Assembly (NCBI GenBank): GCA_965285935.1
Contig: OZ260667.1
Location: 30,318,001-30,382,000, forward strand
Direction: 5' to 3'
Length of the DNA: 64,000 nucleotides
DNA from: Ophelia neglecta
Taxonomy: Eukaryota
A program made the translations under genes and the position numbers. Of this stretch, positions 1 to 14,187 are shown piece by piece (within the stretch, counting starts at the first letter, position 1; every line of letters starts with the position of its first letter). Under the pieces are notes generated by a model. It did no database searches, was not told where the DNA came from, and worked only from the letters and a program-made list of their open reading frames with translations.

Positions 1-110
1 ATTTTACTTTCAATAATACGTGATCTGCCTCATCCAATCAAATTTTAAGTCCTTATTTATTTTCTCATGGTTTCACCACATGTGTTACTGTTCGAACGAT
101 CGTATTTACA

Positions 111-150
111 TTTCTATGAGAATTTACTCGTTTCTATGAGAAGTTACTTG
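111..150. repeat. 20-bp tandem duplication
   Basis: tttctatgagaatttactcg followed directly by tttctatgagaagttacttg (2 mismatches). Confidence 0.85.
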
Positions 151-1539
151 TTATATGTTAGTAGCCTCTTTGTCTTATACTTTATGCGCGTACTTGCACT
201 ACTTTATTCGTACTCTCACCTGTCGGTTTTTAATATATTAGCCGTTGTCTGCTCAGGTCTAGCCGGTGGTATCTTGTGCTTTCCTGGGCTTTCCTGGCTC
301 AGCCCACATAACAAAGAAAGACCCTTCGTAGTTATATCGCCACTAACGAGCTCTGACAGCAGCCAGGGAAGGAACGTTATGTGTGCACGCGAGGAAGCTG
401 ATCCCCTGCCCGGCTACAGCGGTCACAATCTCCGGGCTAACGCGGCTATTACCGCTGACCCGGCTGACTCTCGTCACCATCCGCTTGCCACCTTTTTGAA
501 GGTGATATTTACACAAGGTCTCCTGCTCACCCTTAACTCAATCCCTATCTGTTGATGCCATGTTCCAACCAATAAATAGACAGTCCGCGTCTCATGGAAA
601 TTTGTTAGCTTGACACTCAAAACAAGGCAATCAAACATGTAACAGGTAATTTCACATATTAGAGACCCCTACCATAGCCAAGACCACCCGCATGTAACCC
701 TTCAAGAAATTGATCACTTAATACCTGACCAGAAAGGACAAAATCCCTATATCTACCACATACATTAACGAGAAATATGTGTCACATAAACGTTATTTAA
801 ACCTGGCTTCTAAAACTTAATATTAAGTCGTGGCATACATTTACAAAATATACTTATAGGCTATTAAATCCAAGTTCGCATTGTGGAAGAACACCGTTTC
901 AGGCCTGCTACTTTGAACTAGGTCTCTTCTGTTTTTATTTCAGAAAAAACAGTCACCTGTCACATGGTTTAATCTTATTCTGTTGCCATTTACCCCTCAA
1001 ACGACAATTTGACTTGTAAAAAAGAAAAAGACGATGTAAATCTACCTGTACTTTGCTATATGTTTGACATTTTGTCTTCTTTTTGCGTGTTTGGTCGCCT
1101 AGTGGGCAATCATTTTTCACTTACGACAATAATGTCAGCCCTCTTTACAGTTGACATTCGCCCTTTCCATCTAGAAGCAGGTGAGACGAGTAACGCGACC
1201 AGGAAAGAGAATAACAAAAACTGACTCCAGGGGACTTGATAAAAATGAGCATAAAGGGAAAGAACCGGATATTTCACCATATGATGTCGCTGCCTTTTGT
1301 CCGTCTTCTCACTAAAGGCACCAGAGGGGCACTTTACATGTGCTTTAGTTGTCACATACTAGTCCCACAAAGAAATGTTAAGATGTCGAATACATAAGGA
1401 ATGTCTTCACATTACCAAAGATCAATTCAAAACGAATGGTCAAACATTTAAAGCTTTTTCTTAAGAATTAAAAAGTCAAATTACAGCATATACATAGCTG
1501 AGAGATTCACAATTAAGAGAAAAAAATGATAACTTGATA

Positions 1540-2060
1540 CCTTCAGTACATTCACCGTTCCATGGCAATTTTGTGCAAAAAAGATTCACCATCCAAAAGG
1601 CATGAAAATGGGCCCTTGTGAAAATCATATATCCAAGTAAATCAATGGTCCGTTCTTGTATTAGAACATGTTGTTCTTCTCATACAATATACATTGATCA
1701 TGTTAGTCCGCTGTAGGTATGTAAGCTCTTGAGCATGCTATATTCTCTTTCCGATGAATATGGTGCTACACCGAAGCTTTCGAACATCATCCGAACAAAT
1801 TCAATAAATTATTGAAGGGTCCGCTAGTTTCGAGACCATGGTAATTTGACCAGCTAATGTCCATGCATAGTTGTTCATACGGCGTCTGTAAAGCGTGCGA
1901 CAAAAAGGGTCGGGTGTGCGCCAAGTCAATGCTCGTACGTCCATCAAACGAGAGAGGACGACAAAGATTAAATATACAGGAGGTACAAATATCTATAAAG
2001 GCAGGATCCTGCGGTAACGCCTTGATATCAGTAGCATTCACAGATGAGACGTCCACACTC
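1540..2060 (-). mobile_element. Degenerate LTR retrotransposon (Gypsy-like) integrase fragment
   Basis: Minus-strand ORF 1787-2062 reads FIDICTSC (end of HHCC finger) then TPYEQLCMDI (PxxPFExxxxD), then across frameshifts KNGP (DNGP-like) and LPWNGECTE (PQSNGxxE-like), in the correct order. Confidence 0.45.
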
Positions 2061-3466
2061 AATCACCTCGAACCACTCCGACCTGAGTGCGCGCGGTCCG
2101 CAATGCTCATCTCAGCTTATCGCTGGCACTGAGCGAACAGCACCTTTGACCTGCTGCGGTCATTTAAACTTATCAAAATCGCAGTTTTAAAATAGTGACA
2201 ATACACGCATCAAAGTTATTGCGAGAGAGAAAAGGAAAACCTAGGAACCGATATCATACTTTATTGCATTTTTGAGTGTGCCAGCTCGTATATAAGCCGG
2301 ATGCTTGATCCATGGGAGGCGCGTCCATGAAGCACTGCAGCTTCAACATACTGTATCTAGCATGTCGAGAAGTAGGTCTGCAGTACATGCCTGGGCATAT
2401 GGATATGTCAGTCCTAAACATCGGACGCTTAGTTATGATTTAGTTAAAACCGCGTTTTGAAATTGACAATGTCTCCGATGAAACAAGTAGCCTCCAGGAG
2501 TGGGCTTTTTTGACATTATTTTTTCTTTGCAGTTTCATATGTCATGGTGACTGAGACGTAAAACACCGGTCTAGCCAGCAACTTGTTACACAACGGGTTA
2601 GGTAAATATGTAACTGCAAAAACTTAACAAGCCTATAAAAAAGTAGGAAGAAAAAAAACTGTGTTTCTATTTCTAAACGTGCTAATTTAAGGCCGTGTGC
2701 CGTGATAGCCTCATTAAGCTCGAGAAGCATTGTTTCTGATATCTTTATCCGATGCCGGTCTGATGGAGATAAGGCAATCTTACACAGACACACTCACTAC
2801 ATTTATTCACCAGACTCAGTTGCAAATACCTCTATTTTAAAGAAATATAATATTGGTCAAAAGTTAGATTGACCATGTTGGCGAAATGAAAATATACTAA
2901 AAGCTAGTGCCTTATAGATACATCTAATATATTTACCCTTTCATCAACATTTAAAACTGTCAAGCCTGAAATTATGTTCAAAATGGATAAATCTGATTTA
3001 CGTGAGAGTGGATCGATACGTACAATCTGAGCAAGTTAAAACCTAATTTTCTTTTTAGTAGAGCATAATTATTTCACTACACACAGGCAAGACACAAGAT
3101 GACTGTTTTCCGACAGATTCAATGACTGGGGTGGCTCGTTTTTTTCTATGAAAATTTGGACCATATGGCCCTCAAATTTGCAGATACTCAGTTTACAATA
3201 CCATTCACATTGAATCGCCTGACTAAATGCACATGCACAGCTTTACTGGCAAAACGCTTTTACATAATTATAATACAAGTATAAAGCGTTACATGCTAAA
3301 AAAATCCATGTTGCTTATTTAAACCAATAGCCTCAAGCATTACAAATTGACTTTTATTTCTTCCACAGATTATTTATGTATTTTCAGAAAAAAATAATAA
3401 GACAGGCGATATTGACGTCAAATCAAACAGACTGCAGCTGTGTATATATACCTAGGAACTCACAGC

Positions 3467-3484
3467 GCCACTTTATAAAGTGGC
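3467..3484. repeat. 18-bp perfect palindrome
   Basis: gccactttataaagtggc is its own reverse complement. Confidence 0.9.
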
Positions 3485-5759
3485 TCGGGGTCTGAACTCA
3501 ATGACTGTGTTGCATGTGAATGACATCATATATCACACCAATTGACTGCGCAATGGTAAACAGGTCGTCAGGTGATAAATACACGCGCAATATAGGAACT
3601 AGTCTTAATCAGATGTAGAGCCATTTGTAAGTCTCAACCAAACTAGCCTTAATCTGCAATGTGCCAAGCTGTTATAAATTTCCATGACTGTATTTTTTTT
3701 ATTAAATCAATAAAAAATCGACAAAAACGGGTCGAGTTTAAAAGAGAAATGCAGTAGGCAAAGGTCATTAATTAAGCCAAGCCGGCCGCTAGGGTCGCAT
3801 AAGACTTGTAACTTGCTCATTTTATGGAAGCCGTTTACCCACGGTACTTAAATAATGTATTTGAAGTACGTATTCATTGTATTTATAGGTTACATTTGGT
3901 GTGGGCGCATTCGCTGTCTGTAACCTCCCCACCCCCCTCAACACACTCAAACCGAAAAACAACAGAAAGCTTTGCTTTTGGTGTGGCTAAAAAAACATTT
4001 TTTTCAGGTCGTTAAGCTCATACATGATATGTTGAACTTGATATGTTAGCATGAGGTAAAATTGGATTTACGAAACAAATGACTGGTTCACAACGTTTTC
4101 GTGGTAAAAGTACATAATAAAAACATGTCCTTTACAATCAATTGACAGTGTATGTACCGCTTTATATACATCTTATGTGTAGTTACCTATCACAGAATAC
4201 GGTAGCTAAATATCAAGGGAGCATGAGCAATTGCTTATAGACATCAGTCAACTTGAATAAATGGACAAAATCTGCAATTTACAATACGCTATTCCCGGCG
4301 AGACTTGACGTCTAAATGGATGATGAAAGAGAACACACGGGTTTTGAATTTCGTCTTCATAAATACAAAATCCATTGTTTACGCAATTTCGGATCAATAC
4401 GATCAGATAAAAAATGGATTTCAAAACATTTAAAACGAACAGCAAGATATTGCGTAACAAATGTCAAGTTTATGTTTGTTAAAAGCATAAGATAGCTGGT
4501 ATAGTTTGCAAAGCTGAACAGATTCCCCAGCTAACACATGGCTTTATTAACCTACCAGGTAGCCTCAGTTGTGTGATGTTTGTCATCATATAAATTGGAA
4601 TTTTTTACTTTTCATTAAATGCAATAACGGACGCCATGACCTATCAGACTGACAACAAAATTGGTAATTTATCGTAAAGCTGATAACTATGCTCTCTAAG
4701 GCGATATTATTCTATAGATACGTTGATAATATGGAAGAAGTATAATCGGCTTGACCAAAAAGCCAGATCATACTGTGCAGGAAGACATTAAGCTTGCTGG
4801 CTGGTGTAGTGCTCGACAGTTTAGTAGTCTTATATGAATGAAGGGTTCTCATTCGAGTAATATAAGAACACGTAAAACATATGGATATTCTGTAATCCGG
4901 TCTGTTCACGCCTAAGACAATCTTGGTTCTGTTTTTATTTATTTATTAAATTCCTTTGCCCTGGTTAGCCTTAGCTTTTAGTTTACATCTTTACAACTAT
5001 ATCCCCGCTTGCAATGTACACGTATGACGTAATATTCACTCATGTAAATGTCTAGTATTTTTATAATATTGACAAGATATAGGCTATATATTAAAGTCTT
5101 CCTTTTATATATTCAAATTTAGAAAAAACTGTCTTTTATGTATCTCTGTTCTAATCATATAGCTATATTCATTCCAGTAAAACTTTTGGGTCTTATTGTT
5201 GGATTTGTTTTGACATCGACCGTAAATAGTGGCTGAATTACCGATATTCCATCATATAAACTTGTTAATGGGTACAATTATACCGTCTACTGTCTACTTA
5301 TTTCATGGATGTAACTGATCAAGTTAACAGCCTCGATTGGAAGTCAACTATAGGAAAGTGCTCTTATATGCAGATGCAGGCATCCATGCAGGCACATAAC
5401 ATTAAATATGCAGGAACCTACAATGTGTTGTATTTAACATTTATTTCAAGCTACCCTAATCGATATTCATCTGTGAACAATTCTGTGAGGATTTTGAAAT
5501 TCGCCAATAAACTCTTATGGGCCAAAAAAAATGCCTTTTGATTTGGCAAGCGTAATGTGTTTGCAAAGAATTATACCCTTGGGTTGAAATGTTATGGGAC
5601 AGAAGCCCTTCTATATGAAGGCACTACACTGATGTACACAGCCGGGCTAATGACTAGTGAGTAACATTAAAGTTTCAGACCTCGGCATTAAATGTTGCCA
5701 GTAGAAATAAAACCGCCGTGCGTTAATGGCATAATCATGCATGACTTGAAGGCAAATCT

Positions 5760-5920
5760 GGGGGAATTAAGCATAACGACATCCTCATCAGGCATACATA
5801 GAAGGAAGTCTCATATCCGTTTCTGAAATTATGCACAGGAGAGGATAGGATATTGTGCATTCACAGTGAGTAATACAATGCGATTACCTACTCCTATAGT
5901 AATGTATTGGTCCAAGCATA
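5760..5920 (+). mobile_element. Weak Gypsy-like integrase zinc-finger region remnant
   Basis: Mixed frames give ELSI...GSLISVSEIMHRRG*DIVHS...VMYWS, resembling ELSV..GxRIVIP..R..L..xH...VYWP. Confidence 0.28.
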
Positions 5921-8900
5921 GCATTGGTGGCAGCGGTAATCAGGGAGAAATATCAGCCTTGGTTGATAAAATGGTTTAATGAATCATTCGCTGATAAAAG
6001 GGGAGCTGTTGTTGTTGTTACGACTTTTTCCGCTCTTACATTTGTGATAGATCTGTCAGACGGCGATAAAAGACGGTAGAACTCTTCCTTTAGGCCAATT
6101 TGCAAGAAGCAGAATAATCAGCGATAATAATGGTATGCGTTGATTTACCGTCAGTCGATGATGAGCGCCGATTGACGGCCACGCCAGGCGGCAGCTCGCA
6201 TCTTGTCTGTGGATAATAGGCCTACCCTCTGCTTCTGGAATGAGGAGTACACACTATAGTTCCCTCCCTCCGAGACCGGGCATCCTCGAGCTCCTTAGCT
6301 CGTGAAGATAGATATAAAGAAAAGAGACAGTGATCCAACAAAGACGATTTTTCAAAGCATGACCATGGAAGTTGCGATTATTAATATCTTTGTCGCTGTT
6401 ACCAAAACAGAAAGCACAGGAAATCTTTTTTTTATTTGGTTTGTTGTTCCATCAGCTTTGGTTTGAGTATCAATCTGAATTAAGAAAATGACATGAACTA
6501 AATGCAATTGTTTATAAACAATGGCATAAACTAACAACACTTCCTCCTAACGACTGAATGTATTTTATTGATTACTAGTTACTCATCTCTTGCTCGGCTT
6601 CTAATAATGCCAGACTAAATAGATTGGTACGTTACTGGGTATCGCCATCATATATGCACTGAGTTTATACAAGGGCGTTTCAGGCTAAAGGTTTTTTTTA
6701 AATCGCTTTCTATGCTTACGTAAACGCATAAAATATCCCGGCAGGAATAGCACATGTAGAAAAAAATGCCAGTGACAATTGCTTGTCCACCATTTCTTTA
6801 TCAACAGACGAAATGTAAATATAATTTTCAAACTTCATCCTATAGACTATTGAAAATTCCAAGCGTGGCGAAAATGAAAAATATTATTGGTTGGCATGAT
6901 ATCTTACTGCCTAATGGTACATATCCCAAAGGCTTATATCATTATGATATTTCCGGTGCTCGAGAGAGATAGGCCAGCATGCACCTGTTTGAGGATTGGG
7001 ATTGAGACATATCACTTAATAATTCATAAGTTCGATGACAGCAGAGGATACTAATCTGCACCAAACAAATATAAAACGGCCACAGAATGATCCTTGTAAC
7101 GAATATATCGGGCTATCCATAAATGCGGTTGGACTTGGCCTCAAGCGCTTCCAGCTGGCTGGTTCCCAGTGTTTTAAGTTGGCCTAATTCTTCATCACTA
7201 TCAATTGGGCTTGAGAGCTGTAATCAGCCGTCGGAGGTTGACAAATTCCATTTATACATGGCATTTGGGGCATGCTGGCCGAATTAAATCTCCGCTGGCC
7301 GGGTGTTCTAACCAATTGTATCCCTGGCACCATATAATCAGCAGCATTCACTCCAGATTGGTAAATTGAGGGGGGGAGATATCACAGGGTAGGTAGATTC
7401 CATTTAGAAAACTGCTCTGCGTGCGGCAAGAAGGTAGCACTTAAAAGCACTTAAGTATAATTATATTGTCTTTACAATTACCTTCTCTTTGGCAATAAAT
7501 AAAAAAAAGGTCGACGTTCTCTCCAGGTCTATTGGCTGCTGAATAGTTCAGGGAATAACTGAAAAGACGACTTGTCATGTGATTGTCTTAAATCAATATT
7601 AGGAGCAAAAGGATCACCTGACTTGTCTGCAATTTCTGAATAATGGGTTTATTAAGAAATTGCGGTAATAATATTTGCGTCGTCCAGAAGTCCTTGAGAG
7701 ACGCATTGAAAGTTAATGAAAATGTTGTGCAAAATGATATCGTCTTAGATAAAAATAGGTAAACGACTACTGAATGATGAAAAAGCTATGAAGAATAAGC
7801 TATGAATTCTGTGGTATGGTGCATTGTCCGAATAGGGTTTTCACATTTTTGCTGTGCAACTGACCTAATAGTCAATTCGATGGTTTATAACAAAGATGCC
7901 CGTCAAAGAAAATCTTGGGAAAAGGGGATGTCTTGTAACAGTCCTTGCTTGTGATAAATGAAGTCTCGCAAGCCCTGGCTTCGGATGGTCTCAAGACTAA
8001 CTTTAAGGTTAAGGGCCAAGTTCGCGCCATCAGCGTCAAATTTCCCACCGTTGAAAAGGTCTCCAGTTATAAAATTTAATACGAAACTGAACAGTCTGAT
8101 TCCAGTATATTCGTTTGGCCTGTGACTAAGGAAAATGTTTGTTAAATCATGTATTGTTACTGGAAAAATTCAAGGAGATCCGACGAAAAGATGCCATAGT
8201 TGTTCAGTTAAATTTCAGTTGTAATATTATATCTTTGCACAATTGTTTATATAGTGCACAAATTAAAACTGCATGGTTAGATATTTTCGAAATGGGAAAA
8301 CTCTTTCTCCCCATTGTCATTTTAACTCCATAATGTAAGATAAATAGGTAGATGTTTTTTTGAAGAGCCATCGGTATATACAAAAACATTTTAACTGCTG
8401 CAGTTATAAGGTGTACTGTGCAAAAATTCTGTAAACAATACACCCAGCCACTTTAGCTTATGAGCACATGTCAATTTATAGCATCCATTTTTTATGGGTT
8501 TCATATGGAGTTTAGCTCTTGAACATTAATATTGTCATACTATCAGGATAAAAAATCCAATATCGATGAAATGTCACATATCTACCTTATGTTGAATCCG
8601 GATTGTGTATTTATAGGACAGTATCTGACATAAGGGGCATCGTATATCATGTCAGATTGGCTTTTATTGAACGTTATCTGACAACTGGACTGACCAAGAT
8701 TGTCGAACAAGTTTGCCAGTTAAGCATCTTTTAACACTAACGCATCCATGCAAGAAGGAATCGCTGGTCTATGTTCATGCCAGTAAATAAACCGATATTG
8801 AATTGAGATAATCTGAACTGCTTCATTTGGGTTTTGCATACTGCATTGATGTCATTCGTAGATTGACTTCAGCTTGTTTGTATTACTCCATTTTCAATGA

Positions 8901-10849
8901 ACGACACATCCGGCTAAAGAAAGCGTTGATTAAAAAAGTGCCCAGGAATCTGCATGGCTCAATTACTGCAGCGAACGATTTCAGATAATGTCGAAAATAT
9001 TGCCTGTTCGTATTCTCTAACAGTTTGATAAAATAAGCCGGAAGTGTTCGATGGTAACGTGATTTCGGTGTTATTTCATGAAGTTTCATGACAAATCACT
9101 CGCTGGAAAAAGCAGAATGAGCATGTAAAGTCCAATTTCTATTTACATATCTTAATTATGGATATTCCGAAAGTATAATTCGACTTTTTGATGGTGTGTT
9201 ATTGAAAGTCTTCAAAGCAAGCCATGTTTCCAAAAAGCAAAGGTGTGTGGGGAAGCTAACAAAAAAAGACGGAAGGATCACGTTTTGGTGACCGTTGTTG
9301 AATTAGTCTCAGCTTACAATCGGCAATCTATCTTTTGATATTTCCCTATTTTCAACTGATTTCCTTTTATATATTTATTTATTTCCTCCGCTTTCCGGAG
9401 AGTGTACACTCAATGATGGTTAATAATAAGGAAACATTATTTACAGTACATGAATAATAATACATCAATATGCATGATAGGAGATGTTTAGTCTGTCAGT
9501 AATGAGATCTAATATGCTCTGAACCAAGAGAACATAGTAGCCTACATCATAAGTCTCGCGCGAATTAGGCTGTTCTACCAGTCAAACATGTATTTAATTC
9601 ACGTTTTGCATGAACTCGACGGTTGTACATGCTATTGATAACTTCCAGTGCCATCGTACACGATTCATAAGAATAACAATTAGAATTAAGGATAGACACA
9701 CATGGGCCTTTCGTATGTATTAAATGCTTTGGTTATAAGCAAAGTTATTTATTAAAACACAACTTCGAAATAATATTTTTAAAATAAATGAAACATTATT
9801 TGTTGCTTAGTCAAATGGAACAAAGACAAAGACTGGTTACACTAACTTTAACTGGAAATACAATACATTTTGTCACAAAAATATTTGATCCAGTTTAATA
9901 TAAGTAGAATTAACTTTGACGGCAATCGGGATGGTCGTTTTCCTGGTGTCTCCTTCTCCTTCTTGCTGTTTCCAGATGTTCCACATATTATGAATAAAAC
10001 ATCAAAGTATACTGAATAAATCAGAACGCATAGTCAGATCAAGGTTGTCGACGTCCATCTTTAATTTGCTAACGTTCGGGAGGGACAAACATAAACGAAT
10101 CCGAGTACATGAGAACACGATCAAAGCCCTCAAGCAATATGATATTTGGCTTATATATGTGATATGTGTTACATGTGAAATATGTGTAATTTTTTATCCC
10201 ATAATGCACAAAGGGAGTTATTGCCGATATTACTGGTAAGATAATATAGCAGAGGGTTAACACTGTAGGTTGTTCAGACAAAAATGTTAGGTAGGGTTTT
10301 ATCTGCGGCGTATATTGTAAATAATTAACGTATGTGAAACAGAGATAATGTTTAAGAGTGAAAACAGAAAGATTCCTGATGTTAGATAGAAAGCCGACTT
10401 TAATTAAAAACACGGGTAAGGGATTCAGGCTAATGCTACAAACAACTAACTTGGCGGCCATGTTAATTATCTTGAAATATTGAATTTTATCTGTCGGTGA
10501 CCCTGAAAAAAATGCACTCGTTACTTATAAGCATTGTGTGCGACATTTTGTATTATAGCTTGGCGGCAAATGATCACTATTATTATTGTGTTATTTCGTG
10601 GTTGAATGACACCGTTAAATAAGGAGAGAGAGAAATGGACTTTAGACGTCCCGCTATGAGAAAGTAACGAAAATGAAAAGGTCTTGATGATTATAAGAGT
10701 AACGTCACGGAAACTGAGGAGTACTCGACGATTACCTTGAATGACCGGTGTGTAGTTTCTTGGTGCGGTGTTATTGGAAAAGAATCAGCATAATAAATTA
10801 CTTAACACTGGCAGGCACTCTGTACAAAAGATAGTGCGCTGGTTTTGGG

Positions 10850-11075
10850 AACTTCGTAAGCACAATGACACCATGTCATTAAAACTGCTCAGGGGCATTT
10901 GTTTGTTCTGCAGTTCAGCTTTAAAATTTAATTGATATGAACTGTATCAACAGATCCATAACGCCGCTAACAATTCTCCTTGTCGACGAATAGGGTTTTA
11001 TGGTCGAGTTCTTCCCCGTTTTTTAACATATCGCTTATACAAAGCCTCCTCGCGTGTCCGCCATACCTTGTTCAA
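10850..11075 (-). mobile_element. Possible hAT transposase remnant
   Basis: WRTREEALY (RWxxRxxAL-like), then LNFKAELQNKQMPLSSFNDMV (LNxxLQ helix of hAT/ZMYM1-like transposases). Frameshifted. Confidence 0.28.
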
Positions 11076-11419
11076 GGTAACACTAGCAAATCAAAGAATG
11101 TAGTCGACACGAAATTGGCGTAAATGGAACGACTTTTTTCAACTCTTTCGACCTTAATTTTCATGCCATACTTTTAATTATATAATAACTAAGATGATAT
11201 ATTTGGTTTACGCAGGTAACTTAACTATCGCTGTAATAAATTCATCCTCCCAAGTTAAGGTTTTAAGAACATTCCATTTAACATAAAGTGTTCTATAATT
11301 ATATCAAAGTCTTGTATTGACCGTTATAGGATAATCACCCCTTTTGGTTTTATGTGATGTATTATGAGACATTCGATAACTGAACACTATACACCTATTG
11401 GATATAGATATCCTTACGG

Positions 11420-12300
11420 TCTATTGCAGGCCATAGAAAGGTGTAATAACTATTCGCCTAATGTTACTTAGTAATATAATTATAGACTTTTTTTCCATGT
11501 ATCCATGGGTAGAATTCATCCTCTTCGTCCTCTGATCTATGTGGCTCGACGAACACCTAGGTTAACTTTTGACAACTTCTCATTGCAAGTGAACTCATTT
11601 CAATTTAGTCTGATTTCATTTTTTTAATGTAAACTTTATTTGCAAATGCTATTGGCATTTTATGATCCAGCATTTTTTGAAGTAAGTGAAACGCTTACAT
11701 GGTTTGATTTCTAACCACATATGTTTTGTTCTATTTGCCGCCTATACAATCCGGTTTCCACAGAATATATCATTTACTAACTTGTTGTATGGCCAGCAAG
11801 CTGCTTTTGTTTTACCGACATCCACTTAGATACCAAAGGCCTTCTATACATTAGGTAAATATAATTCCCCGGTGCTTTTTATAGTTTTTCAGCAAATAGA
11901 ACTATTGCGTGGCCATATAAAAATCCTCTATGATTCGTCATCAAGTGCAGTTGGTGTGTTTCATAACGTCTGTAATTAACGCGCCATTTGTTTGACATTC
12001 CGTTGGAGAGATATCAACATGTTTTTACGTGTTTTATATATTTAACACGTTTTTCGTGTTTAACATATTACTAGGACTCATCTGACCGCGGTGTTCTTTG
12101 ATCACATAAGGAACCAAATCGGAGAAACTTATCCCATTACCTCCCATATCGAAACAAACAGATATAGGCGCTTTGACAAACGTTTCTATTGAATATTCGT
12201 TTCACGGCAGAGGGTGGCGTCTGACTTAGGACGACTTTTTAATACCGCAGGCAATACGAGCGCTGACAGGGTAATGGATGAAGTGTAGAAGACACTAGAG
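11420..12300 (-). mobile_element. Degenerate non-LTR retrotransposon (LINE) RT and C-terminal region
   Basis: Ordered pieces VLPAVLK, SKWMSV, LVNDIF..(A)NRTK, LLQKMLD, LGV..SHIDQRTKRMNSTHGYM and YYTFLWPAID match GPDxIPxRVLK / SxWxxVTSG / YINDL..FADDTK / LQxDLD / HIxxxTKKANSTLG / YKTLVRP. Confidence 0.45.
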
Positions 12301-12964
12301 GAATTGTCTTATAGTCAATACTCAAGAGAATATCAGACGACACCGATCACAAAGGACGTCTGTTGTTAGGAACTGGTTATCTCCAGGGACCCAAACCTCT
12401 GTAATACATATGTGCTGCCTGCATACACTGTGGGCTTTTTTAACATATTTAAAATCAAACATAAGCACACGAAACAAGTAACATGTTCTTTTAGCTTACG
12501 CCAGTATCATTATCATCGAATATTATTGTCGAAGTGTTTGCCTCTTATTATCAGTTTTGTATTGCTCATGTTAGTCAAAACATTTTTTGCATTTCGCTCA
12601 GGCTAGATTTTTTGTCATAATGTATTCCTAAAATACCATCGGATAATCTTGCCCGTCTCCAAGCTTCAGGAAAGACAAATGTTGAATGATGAGATAGAGA
12701 TTTTTTGTCGGGTAGATGAGCATCTTCAATTGAAAGGGGGAGAGCATCAGTCACCAGATGTACGTGCGAAGAATGAATAATAAATAAGGAAATTCTTCGT
12801 CCGAAAAATATAGTGATATGGACATCAAAGGTAAAGGCAATGCATAGGTGGAAGAGCTATATGCGTAACATTTTTTCGCTATCATTCATTAATCCTTTTT
12901 TACTCTGTACGAAGGATTAATATGCTACTCAAAAACAATTAAAGCACTGCTAAGTGTCCGTGGT

Positions 12965-13200
12965 GGCTTGTCCACATAGTTCATGCTGACACTCCAATGA
13001 GTATCTACTGCCTCTTCCGCCCCTGTCTACCACATGGCAGGATTTGAGTGCTTCATTTTAAAAGCCTCTTGTTGCTGCACGTTTTGTAGATTTACATCCT
13101 CTTTAAATAGTCTCTGAGGGTATTTGCAGGCAATGGAAGCGCCGCTAGGCAAAACATCTTTGCTCTTGAAGCTTCTTTTAAAGTGATAAACCATTGAACA
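12965..13200 (-). mobile_element. Gypsy-like RT connection domain remnant
   Basis: LPSGASIACKYPQRLFKEDVNLQNVQQQEAFKMK resembles FIPNxSxxxxPLRxLLKKDVxWxWxxxQQEAFxxLK. Confidence 0.4.
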
Positions 13201-14163
13201 TTTCATGATCTATCTTTGCAACTTTTTTTTGTAAATGAGCGGTACAAAGAACAGCTGCAGGTCGCCATCTTACGTAGGATTATCCTTTCTATGACTTCGC
13301 ATGACATGTTGAAAAGCCATCGTTCAGCTAGTTGGGCTTAGGAACTAAAAGTAATCAGTCAAAACGCCTTTGGAAAGCATTGTTAAAGTACTTTAGCCAG
13401 ATTCAGGATTTACAGACATCCTTCATTCAATCACCAATCCATCCGTCTTGCTGATAAATTTGCTATCCCATTTTATTTAACCTGAATTTCAGAGTTACCT
13501 AGCAAGTGTCCCGACTATGTTGTGGCTTTTGACCCCACCGATTTGAGGTATAAGAAAGGTCTTCTGAAACTGTAATCCATGCGAAAAGTTGGTTCCGCGA
13601 AATAACAGTACATAAACAAGGCGGTGATGTACCGGATGTAACTGGCACGCAAGGTCAGTCAGGTCAAAAGGATGCTAGCCCTGAATCTCGAGCACGGCAA
13701 TCATAGACCGCAGTACAACAACTGTTCAAATGTCGAACTTGACGTAGAGTACTGCCACTGAGTCATCCCTGCCTTCTGCTACAATCGACCAGATTCAAAA
13801 GTACTAAACATAACCAAATACTAATGTTATGAGAATGTGAAAAGCTCATAAATAGACTTGGTAGTCTTTGGAAGTGGAATTTTATTGCGCCGTCAAGAGA
13901 AAAAGTACGTGACCCACCGAAATTGCCTGTCGCTTTACAGGATATATTGCAGGGGTTAGAACTGTTGGATTTGATCTTTAAATGCTATGATTTCAATGTT
14001 GAAAACTGTCTATATCTTATTTGATAAAAAGGTTACGAATCAAGCGTCGACTGGTTCGGTATTTGGTTCACTTATTTCGACTTTCCAAACGTGATTGTAA
14101 CACAGATGATGTATACGTTCATTGAGGATAGTCGTCTATCAAATAATTGGTATACTACAGAAC

Positions 14164-14187
14164 GGGGGAGGGGGGAGGGGGGGAGGG
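14164..14187 (+). other. Canonical G-quadruplex-forming motif
   Basis: GGGGG-A-GGGGGG-A-GGGGGGG-A-GGG: four G-runs of 3 or more with single-A loops. Confidence 0.75.

Noticed and set aside
67-555. Longest ORF (162 aa)
   Set aside because: No recognisable domain. The hydrophobic N-terminus reflects T-rich DNA and includes a tandem duplication.
1540-1620. LLDGESFLHK-LPW, resembling the VLDGGALLHRxPW motif of an invertebrate transposon-like family
   Set aside because: No flanking motifs of that family. The surrounding sequence fits a Gypsy integrase better.
4712-4909. FLHSMIWL as a Helitron HUH motif
   Set aside because: Single weak motif without the QxRGxPH context.
7040-8830. Scattered LINE RT-like words on the minus strand (QGSF.G, FIDI, QYRF)
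   Set aside because: Too sparse and irregularly spaced to support a call.
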